64,000 bases of DNA from Herpetosiphonaceae bacterium (GCA_036401895.1 DASWTW010000024.1:1730-65729); one strand, 5' to 3'; counted from the stretch's first letter, positions 19,901-29,997 are shown. The notes: generated by a model from the letters alone, not told the origin. Made by a program: numbers and translations.

Positions 19901-20568
19901 CCGCGATCTCTGGCATCGTGCAGCTCACGGGAAAGCTGCTCGAATGTTGGTGGGCGCAGCACATGCAGATCGAATGCGGCGCGCGCCTCCTTGCTCAACC
20001 CCTTGATCAAACGGCTGGCAACCGAGCGAAACGGCACATCGCTGCGACCACCAGGGCGGCAGATGACCAGCAAGATGCGGATCGGGCCGGATGCACCCGG
20101 CAATCTGGGCGGCTGAGCCGGATTAGAAAGCGTGCGCACAAAGGATTGAGCGCGCAAGGCCAGCGGCCGATCAGTCTGTGGATCGTGGAGCAACTCCCAG
20201 GGAATCGCTGTAGCGTCGCGAACATCGGTGACAATCTCGACCCGCGTTTTTTGCAGATGCTCATACATGCGTGACCAAAGCCGCGTCACGTCGCGATTGG
20301 ACTCGAAAAGCTTGTGAAACAGCTCAGCCCCGATCTCGCGCATCCGCTTTTCGACACGTGCGGCGATCGACGGATTCGGATCATAGGGATGCTGAAGATA
20401 TTCTTCCAGATACCAGCGCAGCTCATTCCGATCTGTGTCGTTGAGCGCAAAAGCAAAACGAGCGACCGCAGTCTGTCGTGATCCGACACCTTCCAGCGCA
20501 AGCTCCACTCGATAGTGATCCGAGCTTTCGGCGAACTGCGTCAGGCGCAACGTCAGACGATCAGGCAT
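16930..20568 (-). CDS. CHAT-domain (caspase-like Cys protease) - NB-ARC/STAND P-loop NTPase - TPR-repeat protein (1212 aa)
   Basis: CHAT His/Cys dyad contexts VVHFDGHG and LVLNACRSA; FFGRDETL...HAYAGSGKTTTA Walker A and LWIWDNVEP Walker B; C-terminal TPR-like helical repeats; RBS AAGGA 8 nt upstream. Confidence 0.85.
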   Translation of the reverse strand: MPDRLTLRLTQFAESSDHYRVELALEGVGSRQTAVARFAFALNDTDRNELRWYLEEYLQHPYDPNPSIAARVEKRMREIGAELFHKLFESNRDVTRLWSRMYEHLQKTRVEIVTDVRDATAIPWELLHDPQTDRPLALRAQSFVRTLSNPAQPPRLPGASGPIRILLVICRPGGRSDVPFRSVASRLIKGLSKEARAAFDLHVLRPPTFEQLSRELHDARDRGEPYHVVHFDGHGVYGEYQNVGGGFGSDIFTDHRPGKHGYLAFENHALPDNFEPVDGPALGNLLVETGVPVLVLNACRSAHAEHTSDSQSAIDAAISASPADDTSSPHEQVRAFGSLAQEVMDAGAAGVVAMRYNVYVVTAAQFVAELYATLTQGLTLGEAVSRGRKNLADRPLREVVSKPIPLADWPVPIVYEAEPVKLFPKPKRSQKLAIKLEPAAATPTAESGVANVPPEPDAGFFGRDETLLALDRAFDTQQVVLLHAYAGSGKTTTAAEFARWYKLTGGIKGPVLWTSFEQYTPLPRVLDTLGRVFEPLLEQNNIHWLTLTDEQRQAVALQVLRQIPVLWIWDNVEPVAGFPSGTQSSWSEQEQRELADFLRAARQTQAKFLLTSRRDERGWLGDLPARIQVPPMPLQERKQLARALAEKHGWKQKEIGVLNPLLVYTQGNPLTITVLVGQAIRDGLRTTKQIDDFVAKLRAGEAAFEDETTEGRTKSLGASLSYGFEHAFTDDERKILALLHFFQGFVQIATLQAMGNPEIGDLPEVRELTRETGIRLLDRAAEVGLLAVYGGYYAIHPVLPWYFKSLFEQYYLTNEQQQGTTRAYVESMGDLSSYYTAQFVQGNRDAINVLKLEAANLLYARQIAHNNGWWHLVIRTMQGLYLLYDRTNRLAELQWLVDDIVPDFVDPVSGGPLAGREDQWRLLGQYRVRLALKARDWINAERLQRSRVEWNRHLASDALSLPVEVLDENQRNNIRSLAVSVENLGSILREQNKSECVVSYEDGIALCQRIGDKQEEALIAFNLGHAYKDIVAIRDLEQAEHWYQHSLDISEELVKHDRSQCLIALGNVAYERFKEAYVVNQPHQELIRYLNTALQFYIQGLELLPPNAVSDLAVTHNGLGNIYDKVGNLDLALFHYREAIRYLEVASNFYDAGQARQNVAFALANAGRLDDALLYAQAALRNFEPYGTGAADKIQKTQQLIADIQAAMQGKT

Positions 20569-21205
20569 GGGCGTTTCCTTTATCGTTCTCTGGGGTTATG
20601 TCGAGCATACCACAGCAGGCGCGGGAAAAACAATCTCAGGCCCGGCACCAAAGCACAGCCACAGCCAGGCGAGCAGGGTCATAGGAACTGTTATCGACCA
20701 GAGGATCAACTGGAAAAAGCGAAGCTGTTACAGGAGATTCAGGTAGCGGCGCAGGCGAAAGAGCGGCTTGCGCCGCTGGTTTGCCCAATCGTGGATGAGG
20801 AGAAGATGCTGCGCGTTGCCGCGAACGGTTGCATAGCGCCGCTCGATCCGCGCCCACGTGAGTCGTTGTGGATCGCTGTCATCGAGCGTACGAGACTCTG
20901 TACGTGCGTGAGTCTCTAAAGCTTCTGCACGCCGAATAATATCGACAAGCTGCGCGCGGTAGTTTGCCCCACTTTTACGATGGTCAGGAACCATCATAAA
21001 TGACCACCTCGCGTCTAAAACTATCGACAGTATAGCGTAAATTACGTACAGCGTGAAGCGATTGAATCCTTCATTTAGCAATCTTAACTGGATGTTGACA
21101 ATTTTATACTTTACTACAGTACGTAATACATCTATCAGAACATGAATTCGTTCTCGACACCCAACATACGCCTTTGTACCGCGACTGGACGCAGCGACGC
21201 GCACG

Positions 21206-21234
21206 AAAAAGCGACACTCCCTAAGGAGTGTCGC
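21206..21234 (-). terminator. Perfect 10-bp hairpin GCGACACTCC-ttag-GGAGTGTCGC followed by UUUUU (minus-strand sense), 3 nt after the tRNA 3' end
   Basis: Read directly. Confidence 0.7.
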
Positions 21235-21237
21235 TGG

Positions 21238-21314
21238 TGGTGGGCGATACTGGACTCGAACCAGTGACCTCTGCCGTGTGAAGGCAGCGCTCTAACCAAC
21301 TGAGCTAATCGCCC
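21238..21314 (-). tRNA. tRNA-Val: tRNA-Val (anticodon CAC), 3' CCA encoded
   Basis: Reverse complement GGGCGATTAGCTCAGTTGGTTAGAGCGCTGCCTTCACACGGCAGAGGTCACTGGTTCGAGTCCAGTATCGCCCACCA folds as a canonical cloverleaf (7-bp acceptor, anticodon loop TTCACAC, T-loop TTCGAGT). Confidence 0.95.
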
Positions 21315-21339
21315 GCGTGTGGCAGAAAGTATAGCATGG

Positions 21340-21530
21340 AAGTATCTTTCGTGCAAGGAGCGCGAAGCACCAAGAACCAAGAACAAAGGAACAAAGAAAC
21401 AAGCGAACAAACGGAGAACTGAGAACACAGAACCAAAAGCAGAACTGCAAAGTACCAGATTCCCCTCTCCTGCGGCGGCGGGAGAGGGGGTGCCGAACAA
21501 CGTGAGGCGGGGGTGAGGGCCTGCCCAAAC
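21340..21530. repeat. Composite intergenic repeat (GAACNNN heptamer array plus GC-rich module CCCCTCTCCTGCGGCGGCGGGAGAGGGGG...GGGGGTGAGGGCC)
   Basis: Read directly; lies between tRNA-Val and the YcaQ-like gene. Confidence 0.65.
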
Positions 21531-21531
21531 C

Positions 21532-22749
21532 TCATGCCCGTACTGCCGCCTGCAAGACCGCCTGTAGCTGCGCCGGCTCGCTCCTGTCGATCACAACCTC
21601 GGGCGTGCGATGCCACCGCGCGCAAGACAGCAGCATCTGAGCAAGATCCGCCACCACCGCATCGTCGAGGGTGACGTGCGGCTCAAGATAGATCGCCTTG
21701 ACCCGAAACACGCCGGCTTTGCGCTCGGCCTTGGCATCCAGCCGCCCGACCAGATCGCCGCGCCGCAGGATCGCCAGCACGAAGTAGCCGTAGCGCCGCT
21801 TGGGCTCGGGGACGTAGCACTCCAGCACATATTCAAAGCCCCACAGATCCCTCGTGCGATCGCGATGCCAGATCAGGCTGTCGAAGGGCGTCAGCAGCGT
21901 GGTGTGCTCCGGCGTGGGCAGGCCGCTCGTAAATTGCTGCCAGCTACCGCGATGAACGTAAACGGGCGCGGACCAATCCGCCACCTGCACGCGCTCGGCC
22001 AGCCCCTCGCCGACAAGCGACTCAAGCACCTGGGCTAATCCGGCCTGCTTCTGGCGAAAATAATCGGCCAGCTGGCGCGTCGTAGCCAGCCCCATCGCCT
22101 GGAGCGCGATCTCCGCCAGCCGCCGCCGTCGCTCCTCCTCGGTGGGAAGCTGCGAGTCGTCCCAGCCGGGCAGGAGCCGCTCACGCAGATCGTAGCGCCG
22201 GTGGAAGTTCACCCGCCGCTCGATCATCAGCTCGCCGCTGGTCCACAGCGCGTCAAGCGCGATCTTAGCGGGCTTCCAGTCCCACCAGCCGCCGCCTTTA
22301 TGTCCCGAAGGCGCTTCGAAATCGGCCGCGCCCAGCGGCCCACGCTCGCCGATCTGAGCCAGCACATGCTCCATAACTTCGGCGTTCTCGGCGCGCCACT
22401 TCGCCCACCCGCCGCTCTCACCGTTCGCATACTCAAGCATCCGGCTGCGAAAAAGCGGCCAGTGCTCGATCGGAATGATGCTGGCGGCGTGCGCCCAGTA
22501 CTCGAACACCTGCCGATCGGGATACAGCAACTCGTCCAGCCAGGCCGGATCGTACTCGCCGAGGCGGCTCCACAGCACAAAGTAAGGGCTGCGCGCCACC
22601 ACATGAATCGTATCGATCTGAAGGCAGCCGAGCCGCCGGATCACATCCAGCACATCGGCCTTTGTTGCAGTGTCAGGCCGACGATCCAGCGCCTGAGCCG
22701 CGACCGCAATCCGCTGCGCTTCGGTCAGCGTAAGATTGGTTGTTGACAT
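21532..22749 (-). CDS. Winged-helix DNA-binding protein of the YcaQ/DUF1006 family (putative DNA glycosylase)
   Basis: 405 aa; overall similarity in pattern (conserved W/Y-rich core, C-terminal wHTH) recalled from this family; not verifiable here. Confidence 0.45.
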   Translation of the reverse strand: MSTTNLTLTEAQRIAVAAQALDRRPDTATKADVLDVIRRLGCLQIDTIHVVARSPYFVLWSRLGEYDPAWLDELLYPDRQVFEYWAHAASIIPIEHWPLFRSRMLEYANGESGGWAKWRAENAEVMEHVLAQIGERGPLGAADFEAPSGHKGGGWWDWKPAKIALDALWTSGELMIERRVNFHRRYDLRERLLPGWDDSQLPTEEERRRRLAEIALQAMGLATTRQLADYFRQKQAGLAQVLESLVGEGLAERVQVADWSAPVYVHRGSWQQFTSGLPTPEHTTLLTPFDSLIWHRDRTRDLWGFEYVLECYVPEPKRRYGYFVLAILRRGDLVGRLDAKAERKAGVFRVKAIYLEPHVTLDDAVVADLAQMLLSCARWHRTPEVVIDRSEPAQLQAVLQAAVRA

Positions 22750-22860
22750 TGATCTCCCATACGGCTAAGCACGAAAGTGACGAGCCCAGCATCCAACTTG
22801 CTCGTCACCAATGCTCCCTGATGATCAAAGACTGCCGAACACAGTACGCTTGTGAAACGG

Positions 22861-24201
22861 CTAGCTGCGGATGAAGCTGAGCACCTCGTCGCGCTTCTGC
22901 TCCATCTTGTCTTTTGACAGCGCCTCAAGATTCAGGCGCAGCAGCGGCTCGGTGTTGGATGCGCGAACATTGAAGTGCCAGTCGTCGTACGAGACCGAGA
23001 TACCGTCGATGTGCTCGACCTTGCCGTCGCTGTAGTGCTGAGCAAGCTCCTGCATCTTGGCCTGCGCGTCCGGCACCGTCGAGTTAATCTCGCCCGACAC
23101 AAAATACTTGGCCTCGATCGGCGCCAGCAGCTCGCTGAGCTTCTTGCCGCTGGTGGAGAGCATCTCCAGGATCAGCAGCGACGGAATCATGCCCGAGTCG
23201 GCATAGTTGAAATCGCGGAAATAGTAGTGGCCCGAAACCTCGCCCGCGAAGACCACGTTTTCGTCGGCCATGCGGCGCTTGATAAAGGCGTGGCCCACAC
23301 GCTCGATCAAGGGCGTGCCGCCGACAGCTTTGACCATATCCGAGACCGCCCACGAGGCGCGCACATCATAGACGATCTTTTCGTTGGGCTGCTTGCGCAA
23401 AATATACTCGGCCAGCAGCGCGGTCATAAAATCGCCGGGCACGAAATCGCCGCGATCGTCGATCACAAAGAAGCGGTCGCCGTCGCCGTCAAAAGCAAAG
23501 CCAATATCCGCGCCCTCGTCCTTGACGCGCTGCTCTAGCTCGGCGCGATTCTCGGGCTGAAGCGGGTCGAGGCCGTGGTTCGGCAGGTTGCCGTCAGGCT
23601 CGAAGTACATCGGCGTGAGCTGTACCGGCAGCTGCGCGTAGAGCTTTTCGAGCGCCGGCCCGACCATACCGTTGCCGGTGTCGGCGATCACCTTGAGCGG
23701 CTTGATCGCCGACACATCGATCAGCTTGAGCAGCGAGTCGACAAACTCGTCCATCAGATCGACCTCGCGCATCTCGCCCTGCCGCGTGGCCTCGGGAAAC
23801 TCGCCGGCCTGCGCCAGCCGCCGCAGATCTTGAATGCCTTCGTCGCCGCTGAGCAGATAGGGCATGCGCTTGACCATCTTGAAGCCGTTGTAGGCCTTGG
23901 GATTGTGCGAGGCCGTCACCATCATGCCGGGCTTGTCGAACTTCGCGCAGGCGTAGTAATATTGATCGGTGCTGACCATGCCGACGTTGATCACATCTGC
24001 GCCCTGCTCGCGAATGCCGGCCGTGACAGCGGCGAAGAGCGACGGCCCCGAGGTGCGCATGTCGCGTCCCACGACCACCGTATCGGTCTGCAAAAACGTT
24101 ACAAACGCCCGACCGATCAACCGCGCAGTTTCTTCGTTGAGCTGGTCTGGATAGATTCCACGAATGTCATAGGCTTTGAAAATCTTCGGATCGACGTTCA
24201 T
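22861..24201 (-). CDS. Phosphomannomutase/phosphoglucomutase (alpha-D-phosphohexomutase)
   Basis: N-terminus FKAYDIRGIYP, phosphoserine loop TASHNP, metal-binding DGDGDR. Confidence 0.9.
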   Translation of the reverse strand: MNVDPKIFKAYDIRGIYPDQLNEETARLIGRAFVTFLQTDTVVVGRDMRTSGPSLFAAVTAGIREQGADVINVGMVSTDQYYYACAKFDKPGMMVTASHNPKAYNGFKMVKRMPYLLSGDEGIQDLRRLAQAGEFPEATRQGEMREVDLMDEFVDSLLKLIDVSAIKPLKVIADTGNGMVGPALEKLYAQLPVQLTPMYFEPDGNLPNHGLDPLQPENRAELEQRVKDEGADIGFAFDGDGDRFFVIDDRGDFVPGDFMTALLAEYILRKQPNEKIVYDVRASWAVSDMVKAVGGTPLIERVGHAFIKRRMADENVVFAGEVSGHYYFRDFNYADSGMIPSLLILEMLSTSGKKLSELLAPIEAKYFVSGEINSTVPDAQAKMQELAQHYSDGKVEHIDGISVSYDDWHFNVRASNTEPLLRLNLEALSKDKMEQKRDEVLSFIRS

Positions 24202-24362
24202 CCACTACGCTCCTTCTACGCGCCGATCTTGCAAACGCGGCACGCTTGAGACGATACTATAACACTACCGTCACATCTGGGTTACGCGCGAGAGTGCTGT
24301 CGGAAATCGGCTTCCGTGGTACGATAGCTTAGGCAAACGGTTGTGTAGCAGGTAGGATGCAC

Positions 24363-26075
24363 ATGAGCGAGATACGCGAGCAGCAACTAGCCCAGGCAGA
24401 GCAGATTCAGTGGGATATTATCGTGATCGGCGGCGGCATCAATGGTGCGGGCATCGCGCGTGACGCGGCGCTGCGCGGTCTGCGTACGCTGCTGGTCGAG
24501 CGCGGCGACTGGGGCAGCGGCACGACGAGCTGGTCGACGCGCCTGATCCATGGCGGCCTGCGCTACCTGGAGTACGCCGAAATCCCGCTGGTGCGCGAGT
24601 CGCTGCGGGAGCGCGAGATCTTGCTGCGGATCGCGCCGCATCTGGTGGAGCCGCTGGCGTTTGTGCTGCCGGTCTATGCCGGAAAGAACTTCCATACGAT
24701 CCCGATCATGCGCGGCCTGCGCTACAGTCTGCCCGACATGTACGCCGCCATGCTGGCGTATGACATCTTGTCGTACGATAAAAGTTTGCCGCGCTACAAG
24801 ACCTACAGCAGTCAGGGCCTGCGCGAGGTCGAGCCCGGCCTTTCAGCCAAAGGGCTGCGCGGCGGCGCGATCTACTATGATGGACAGGTAACCTATCCCG
24901 AGCGGCTGTGCCTTGAGTCGGTGCTGGATGCCGTCGATCACGGTGCGATCGCGCTCAACTATGTCGCCGCCGGCAAGCTGCACCACAAGGACGGTCAGGT
25001 GCAGGCGGTCATGCTCCACGACACACTGGGCGATCGCAGCGTCACCGCGCGGGGCCACACGATCATCAACTGCGCCGGGCCATGGGTCGATCAGGCGCTG
25101 CGCGAGCTGGGCGTTGCGGCCAAACGGCAGATCGGCGGCACCAAAGGCAGCCATATTGTCGTCCGCTCGTTCCCCGGCGCTCCCCAGCGCGCGCTCTACA
25201 TCGCCGCGCCCGACGATAGCCGGCAATTCTTCATCGTGCCGTGGCATGGGCTGTATCTGATCGGCACCACCGACACGCACTTCGAGGGCGATCTCGGCGA
25301 TGTTCACGCCACCGGCGAAGAAGTCGAGTATCTGCTGCGCGCGACCAATCACACGATCCCGGACGCCGGGCTCACCGCCGACGATGTACTCTACACCTAC
25401 TCGGGCGTGCGCCCCCTGCCGTACGTGAAGGAAGGCGCGGCCGGCGGCATCACGCGGCGGCACGTCCTCTACGATCACGGCAAGCACGATAACCTACACG
25501 GGCTGATCTCGATCATCGGCGGCAAGATCACCACCTACCGCAGCCTGGCCGAGCACGCGGTCAATGCGGTTTGCCGGCAGCTGAAGCGCAAGATCCCGGC
25601 GCGCACCGCGACCACGCCGCTGCCTGGCGCTGCCTGGGGCGATCCCAAAACGATCGTGCAGGCGCATGGGCCGCAGCTTCAGCAGCGCTACAGCCTGGAC
25701 CAGCCGACGATCGAGCGACTGGCACATCTCTACGGCTCGCAGCTGGCGCCGCTACTGGCGCTGGCCGACGATCGGCCCGAGCTCACGCGCCGCCTGTCGA
25801 CCGAGCAGCCGCTGATCGGCGCGGAGCTGGTGTATGCGATGGAGCGGGAGCAGGCGCTGTCGCTCACCGACGTGCTGTTCCGCCGGACTATGACGGCCTA
25901 TCAGGCCGATCGCGGCCTGGACATCGCCGACGATGCCGCCGCCGTGCTGGGCGCGTACTTCGGCTGGCCGCCCGAGCGTATCGCGCAGGAGACCGAGGCG
26001 TATCGTGCTATGGCTGAGCGGCTTCTGCCACGGTCGCAAGCGCTGGTTGCGACAGCCGACGAGCGTGTGGCGTAA
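24363..26075 (+). CDS. glpD: FAD-dependent glycerol-3-phosphate dehydrogenase
   Basis: DIIVIGGGINGAGIARDAALRGL FAD-binding fold and GlpD/GlpA-like length; RBS AGGTAGG favours the second ATG at 24363 (the first is at 24357). Confidence 0.9.
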   Translation: MSEIREQQLAQAEQIQWDIIVIGGGINGAGIARDAALRGLRTLLVERGDWGSGTTSWSTRLIHGGLRYLEYAEIPLVRESLREREILLRIAPHLVEPLAFVLPVYAGKNFHTIPIMRGLRYSLPDMYAAMLAYDILSYDKSLPRYKTYSSQGLREVEPGLSAKGLRGGAIYYDGQVTYPERLCLESVLDAVDHGAIALNYVAAGKLHHKDGQVQAVMLHDTLGDRSVTARGHTIINCAGPWVDQALRELGVAAKRQIGGTKGSHIVVRSFPGAPQRALYIAAPDDSRQFFIVPWHGLYLIGTTDTHFEGDLGDVHATGEEVEYLLRATNHTIPDAGLTADDVLYTYSGVRPLPYVKEGAAGGITRRHVLYDHGKHDNLHGLISIIGGKITTYRSLAEHAVNAVCRQLKRKIPARTATTPLPGAAWGDPKTIVQAHGPQLQQRYSLDQPTIERLAHLYGSQLAPLLALADDRPELTRRLSTEQPLIGAELVYAMEREQALSLTDVLFRRTMTAYQADRGLDIADDAAAVLGAYFGWPPERIAQETEAYRAMAERLLPRSQALVATADERVA

Positions 26076-26132
26076 CCAGCGACGAAAGATATTCAAGCTC
26101 GTAGGGACGTGATAAATCACGCCCGGTTAAGC

Positions 26133-26179
26133 CAAAACGCGCGTTGTCTCAACTACGAGGACAACGCGCGTATTTTTTG
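26133..26179. terminator. Bidirectional terminator: AAAA-ACGCGCGTTGTC-(11 nt)-GACAACGCGCGT-ATTTTTT between convergent glpD and PAS-STAS genes
   Basis: Perfect 12-bp stem flanked by an A-run and a T-run, read directly. Confidence 0.75.
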
Positions 26180-26192
26180 ACGACAGCCGGCG

Positions 26193-27455
26193 CTACGAGA
26201 GCACGTGAGCGATCCCGCTCTGGAGCGTTCCCGCCGTATGAAGATCGCTCAGATCGACGCCCAGGCTGATCAGCGTATGCGCCACCTCGGGCCGAATCCC
26301 GGTCAGCATCACGCGCGCACCCAGCAGCCGCACCGCCCGCGCGGCCTGGATCAAGGTGTTAGCAACCTGCGTATCGACAACCTTGATACCGGTGATGTCC
26401 ACGATCACGATCTGGGCCTGCCGCTCCGCCACACCGTTCAGCAGCGTTTCCAGCACTTGCTGTGTTCGCTGTGTATCCAGCGCGCCAATCAGCGGCAGCA
26501 CCACCACCCGATCGCTGATTGGAATCAGTGGCGTGGAAAGCTCGGCCAGAGTGGCGGCCTGCATCTGGATCATCGATTCCTGGAGCTGCTGCTGCTCGAT
26601 CAGCGCCTGCTTACGCTCGGTCTCATCCGCCAAAAAGCCGACGATTTGCTCAGTCTGGCCCTCGGCATTGCGCATCGGCATCGAGGTTGCGCTAATCCAA
26701 CGCACACCGCCGTCAGGTCGCACAATCCGGTACTCGAAGTCCATCTTGGTCTGGCTGAGCATTCTGAAGATTTTGGTCGTCTCGGGGAGATCGTCGGGAT
26801 GGATCGCTTCGATCCAGGCGCGTGGATTTGCCTCTAGCTCGGCGATCGTCCGGCCCCAGATCGTCTCGTAGGCGGGGCTGATGTACACGAGCTTGCCACT
26901 GGCGTCGCGCATAAAAAAGGCGATCGGCAGGGTGTCGACCAGCAGCCGGAAGCGCTCGTCGCTGGTCTTAAGCGCCGATTCGGCGTAGGAGCGATCGGTA
27001 ATATCGTGTGCAACCACCACCACTTGCACGACCTTACCCTCGGCATCGCGGATCGGCGATTTCATTGTATTGAAGAGCCGGGCCGTACCGTCATGCGCGG
27101 TAACGGATTGCTGGTGAATCACGAATCTCTGGCCGGTCGCTAAAACTTGCTCATCGCTGGATGCGCCGCTGGGCGCGTGCGGAGCGGCATCTACGGTGCC
27201 CCGCACTTCGTCGGGTGATAGCCCGTGAAAATCACAAAATGCTTTGTTCGCATAGACCACGCGACTCTCTGCATCTTTGACAAAGACGATGTCGGGAACA
27301 GCATCAAATGCCTGGGTGTACATCGCCACATCGCTTTGGAGAGCACGAATGGTGGTCTCGTGCGCGCGCTGTTGCTCTTCAAGCTCGGCAATCCGCTGCC
27401 TGAGAAGACGATTATCTGCTTCCAGCTCGTGAAGCGTAGATGGAGAATCGGTCAC
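26193..27455 (-). CDS. PAS-PAS sensor protein with C-terminal STAS (anti-sigma-factor-antagonist-like) domain
   Basis: Two PAS-like blocks; STAS-like C-terminus (IVIVDITGIKVVDTQVANTLIQ...); GTG start at 27455 has AGGAG 7 nt upstream, with the ATG at 27524 as an alternative. Confidence 0.7.
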   Translation of the reverse strand: MTDSPSTLHELEADNRLLRQRIAELEEQQRAHETTIRALQSDVAMYTQAFDAVPDIVFVKDAESRVVYANKAFCDFHGLSPDEVRGTVDAAPHAPSGASSDEQVLATGQRFVIHQQSVTAHDGTARLFNTMKSPIRDAEGKVVQVVVVAHDITDRSYAESALKTSDERFRLLVDTLPIAFFMRDASGKLVYISPAYETIWGRTIAELEANPRAWIEAIHPDDLPETTKIFRMLSQTKMDFEYRIVRPDGGVRWISATSMPMRNAEGQTEQIVGFLADETERKQALIEQQQLQESMIQMQAATLAELSTPLIPISDRVVVLPLIGALDTQRTQQVLETLLNGVAERQAQIVIVDITGIKVVDTQVANTLIQAARAVRLLGARVMLTGIRPEVAHTLISLGVDLSDLHTAGTLQSGIAHVLS

Positions 27456-27798
27456 TGTGGTACTCCTGCTGGCTGACAAAAACGAGCGATGAGCCAGTGA
27501 TCTCTGGTTGTATGCAAGCAACACATGCTGTCTGCGGCTCTGCTCAATCGTTCCAAAAGCGTTCCATCAATCGTGGGCTGACTCACGATCGCGCTACCAA
27601 TGTCGAGCTTCAGCATGAGTGACTGGTTGAGATTTAGCGCAGCCCTGGCATTGTAGCAAGAATCACCTGGTGCACGAAATTACTTTCCCAACCTTACCTG
27701 GTATAGTCAATTAGTTTGCCGGAGAGTAGGCCCCAAATACAAAGCCGGGCCGTCTCACAGGGTTGCGAAACGACCCGGCTGTCTGTGAGCAAAATGTG

Positions 27799-28875
<1,077 letters not shown>

Positions 28876-28917
28876 ACCTGCGCCGTTTCTCCCAGGAGAG
28901 CCGATGCTCTCGCCGCT

Positions 28918-29997
28918 TTAGACCTGTGCAAACGCTTCAACGCTGATCCGGCCCGCCAGATTACGTGCCACATCGCGGAACGCGTTCGCGTACGCTTCCG
29001 GCTGCTCACTGGTAACAGCCGGCTTGCCGCTGTCGCCGCCCTCGCGGATCGCCAGGCTGAGCGGGATCTCGCCCAGGAACGGCACGCCGAACTGCTGGCT
29101 GGCACGAGCCGCGCTGCCGTGCGAGAAGATCTCGGAGCGATGGCCGCAGCTCGGGCAGCAGAAGTAGCTCATGTTCTCGATCAGGCCCAGGATCGGCACG
29201 TTGAGCTTCTTGAACATCTCGATCCCGCGCGTCACGTCCGCCATCGCAACATCCTGCGGCGTCGTGACGATTACGGAGCCCGAGAGCGGGATCGCCTGCG
29301 AGAGCGTCAGCTGAATGTCGCCGGTGCCGGGCGGCAGATCGACAACCAGATAGTCAAGCTCGCCCCAGTCGACCTCGTACAGGAACTGGCGCAGCATTGA
29401 CGAAATGATCGGGCCACGGAAGATCAGCGGCTGGTTCTCCGGCACCATAAAGCCGACCGAGATCGTTTTGATGCCGTGAGCTTCCAGCGGCACCATCTTG
29501 TTGTTCTGCACCATCGGCTGCTGGTTTTTCAGGCCAAGCATAATCGGCGCCGACGGGCCGTACACATCCGCGTCCAGGAGGCCAACCCGCGCGCCCTCCT
29601 GCATCAGCGCGATCGCCAGGTTGGTCGCGACGGTGCTCTTGCCGACGCCGCCCTTGCCCGAGGCGACCGCCAGCACATGCGCCACGCCGGGCACCGAAGC
29701 TTTATCGAAGAGTCCTGGCCGCTGCCGAACCGTGGCCGTAAACTCAACCGCCACCTCTTGCACGCCGCTGACCTGCATCACCGCAGCGCGGACCTCGTCC
29801 TGGATCTGATCTTTGAGCGGACAGGCTGGCGTTGTCAGATCGACGACGATGCTCACCCGGCCGCCGTCGATCTTGACATCTTTGATCATCTTGCGGCTGA
29901 CCAGATCGCCGCCTAGCTCGGGCTCCTGCACCGTGCTGAGCGCCCGCATCACTGCGTCTTCGTTGACTGTTGGATTGCGCCGAGAAAATATATTCAT
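28918..29997 (-). CDS. apbC: Mrp/ApbC/NBP35-family Fe-S cluster carrier ATPase
   Basis: N-terminal DUF59-like domain; deviant Walker A SGKGGVGKST; C-terminal CxxC (CPSCG). Confidence 0.9.
   Translation of the reverse strand: MNIFSRRNPTVNEDAVMRALSTVQEPELGGDLVSRKMIKDVKIDGGRVSIVVDLTTPACPLKDQIQDEVRAAVMQVSGVQEVAVEFTATVRQRPGLFDKASVPGVAHVLAVASGKGGVGKSTVATNLAIALMQEGARVGLLDADVYGPSAPIMLGLKNQQPMVQNNKMVPLEAHGIKTISVGFMVPENQPLIFRGPIISSMLRQFLYEVDWGELDYLVVDLPPGTGDIQLTLSQAIPLSGSVIVTTPQDVAMADVTRGIEMFKKLNVPILGLIENMSYFCCPSCGHRSEIFSHGSAARASQQFGVPFLGEIPLSLAIREGGDSGKPAVTSEQPEAYANAFRDVARNLAGRISVEAFAQV

Noticed and set aside
20941-21180. Possible phage/integrase attachment repeat of the tRNA-Val 3' end
   Set aside because: Searched by eye for a partial copy of TGGTGGGCGATACTGGACTCGAACC near 16600-16930 and 20570-21230 and found none; island hypothesis retained only on context
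21135-21625. Minus-strand ORFs overlapping tRNA-Val and the adjacent repeat
   Set aside because: Translation ...RLAQLVRALPSHGRGHWFESSIAHH... is the usual protein-like reading of a tRNA gene; the remainder translates the intergenic repeat
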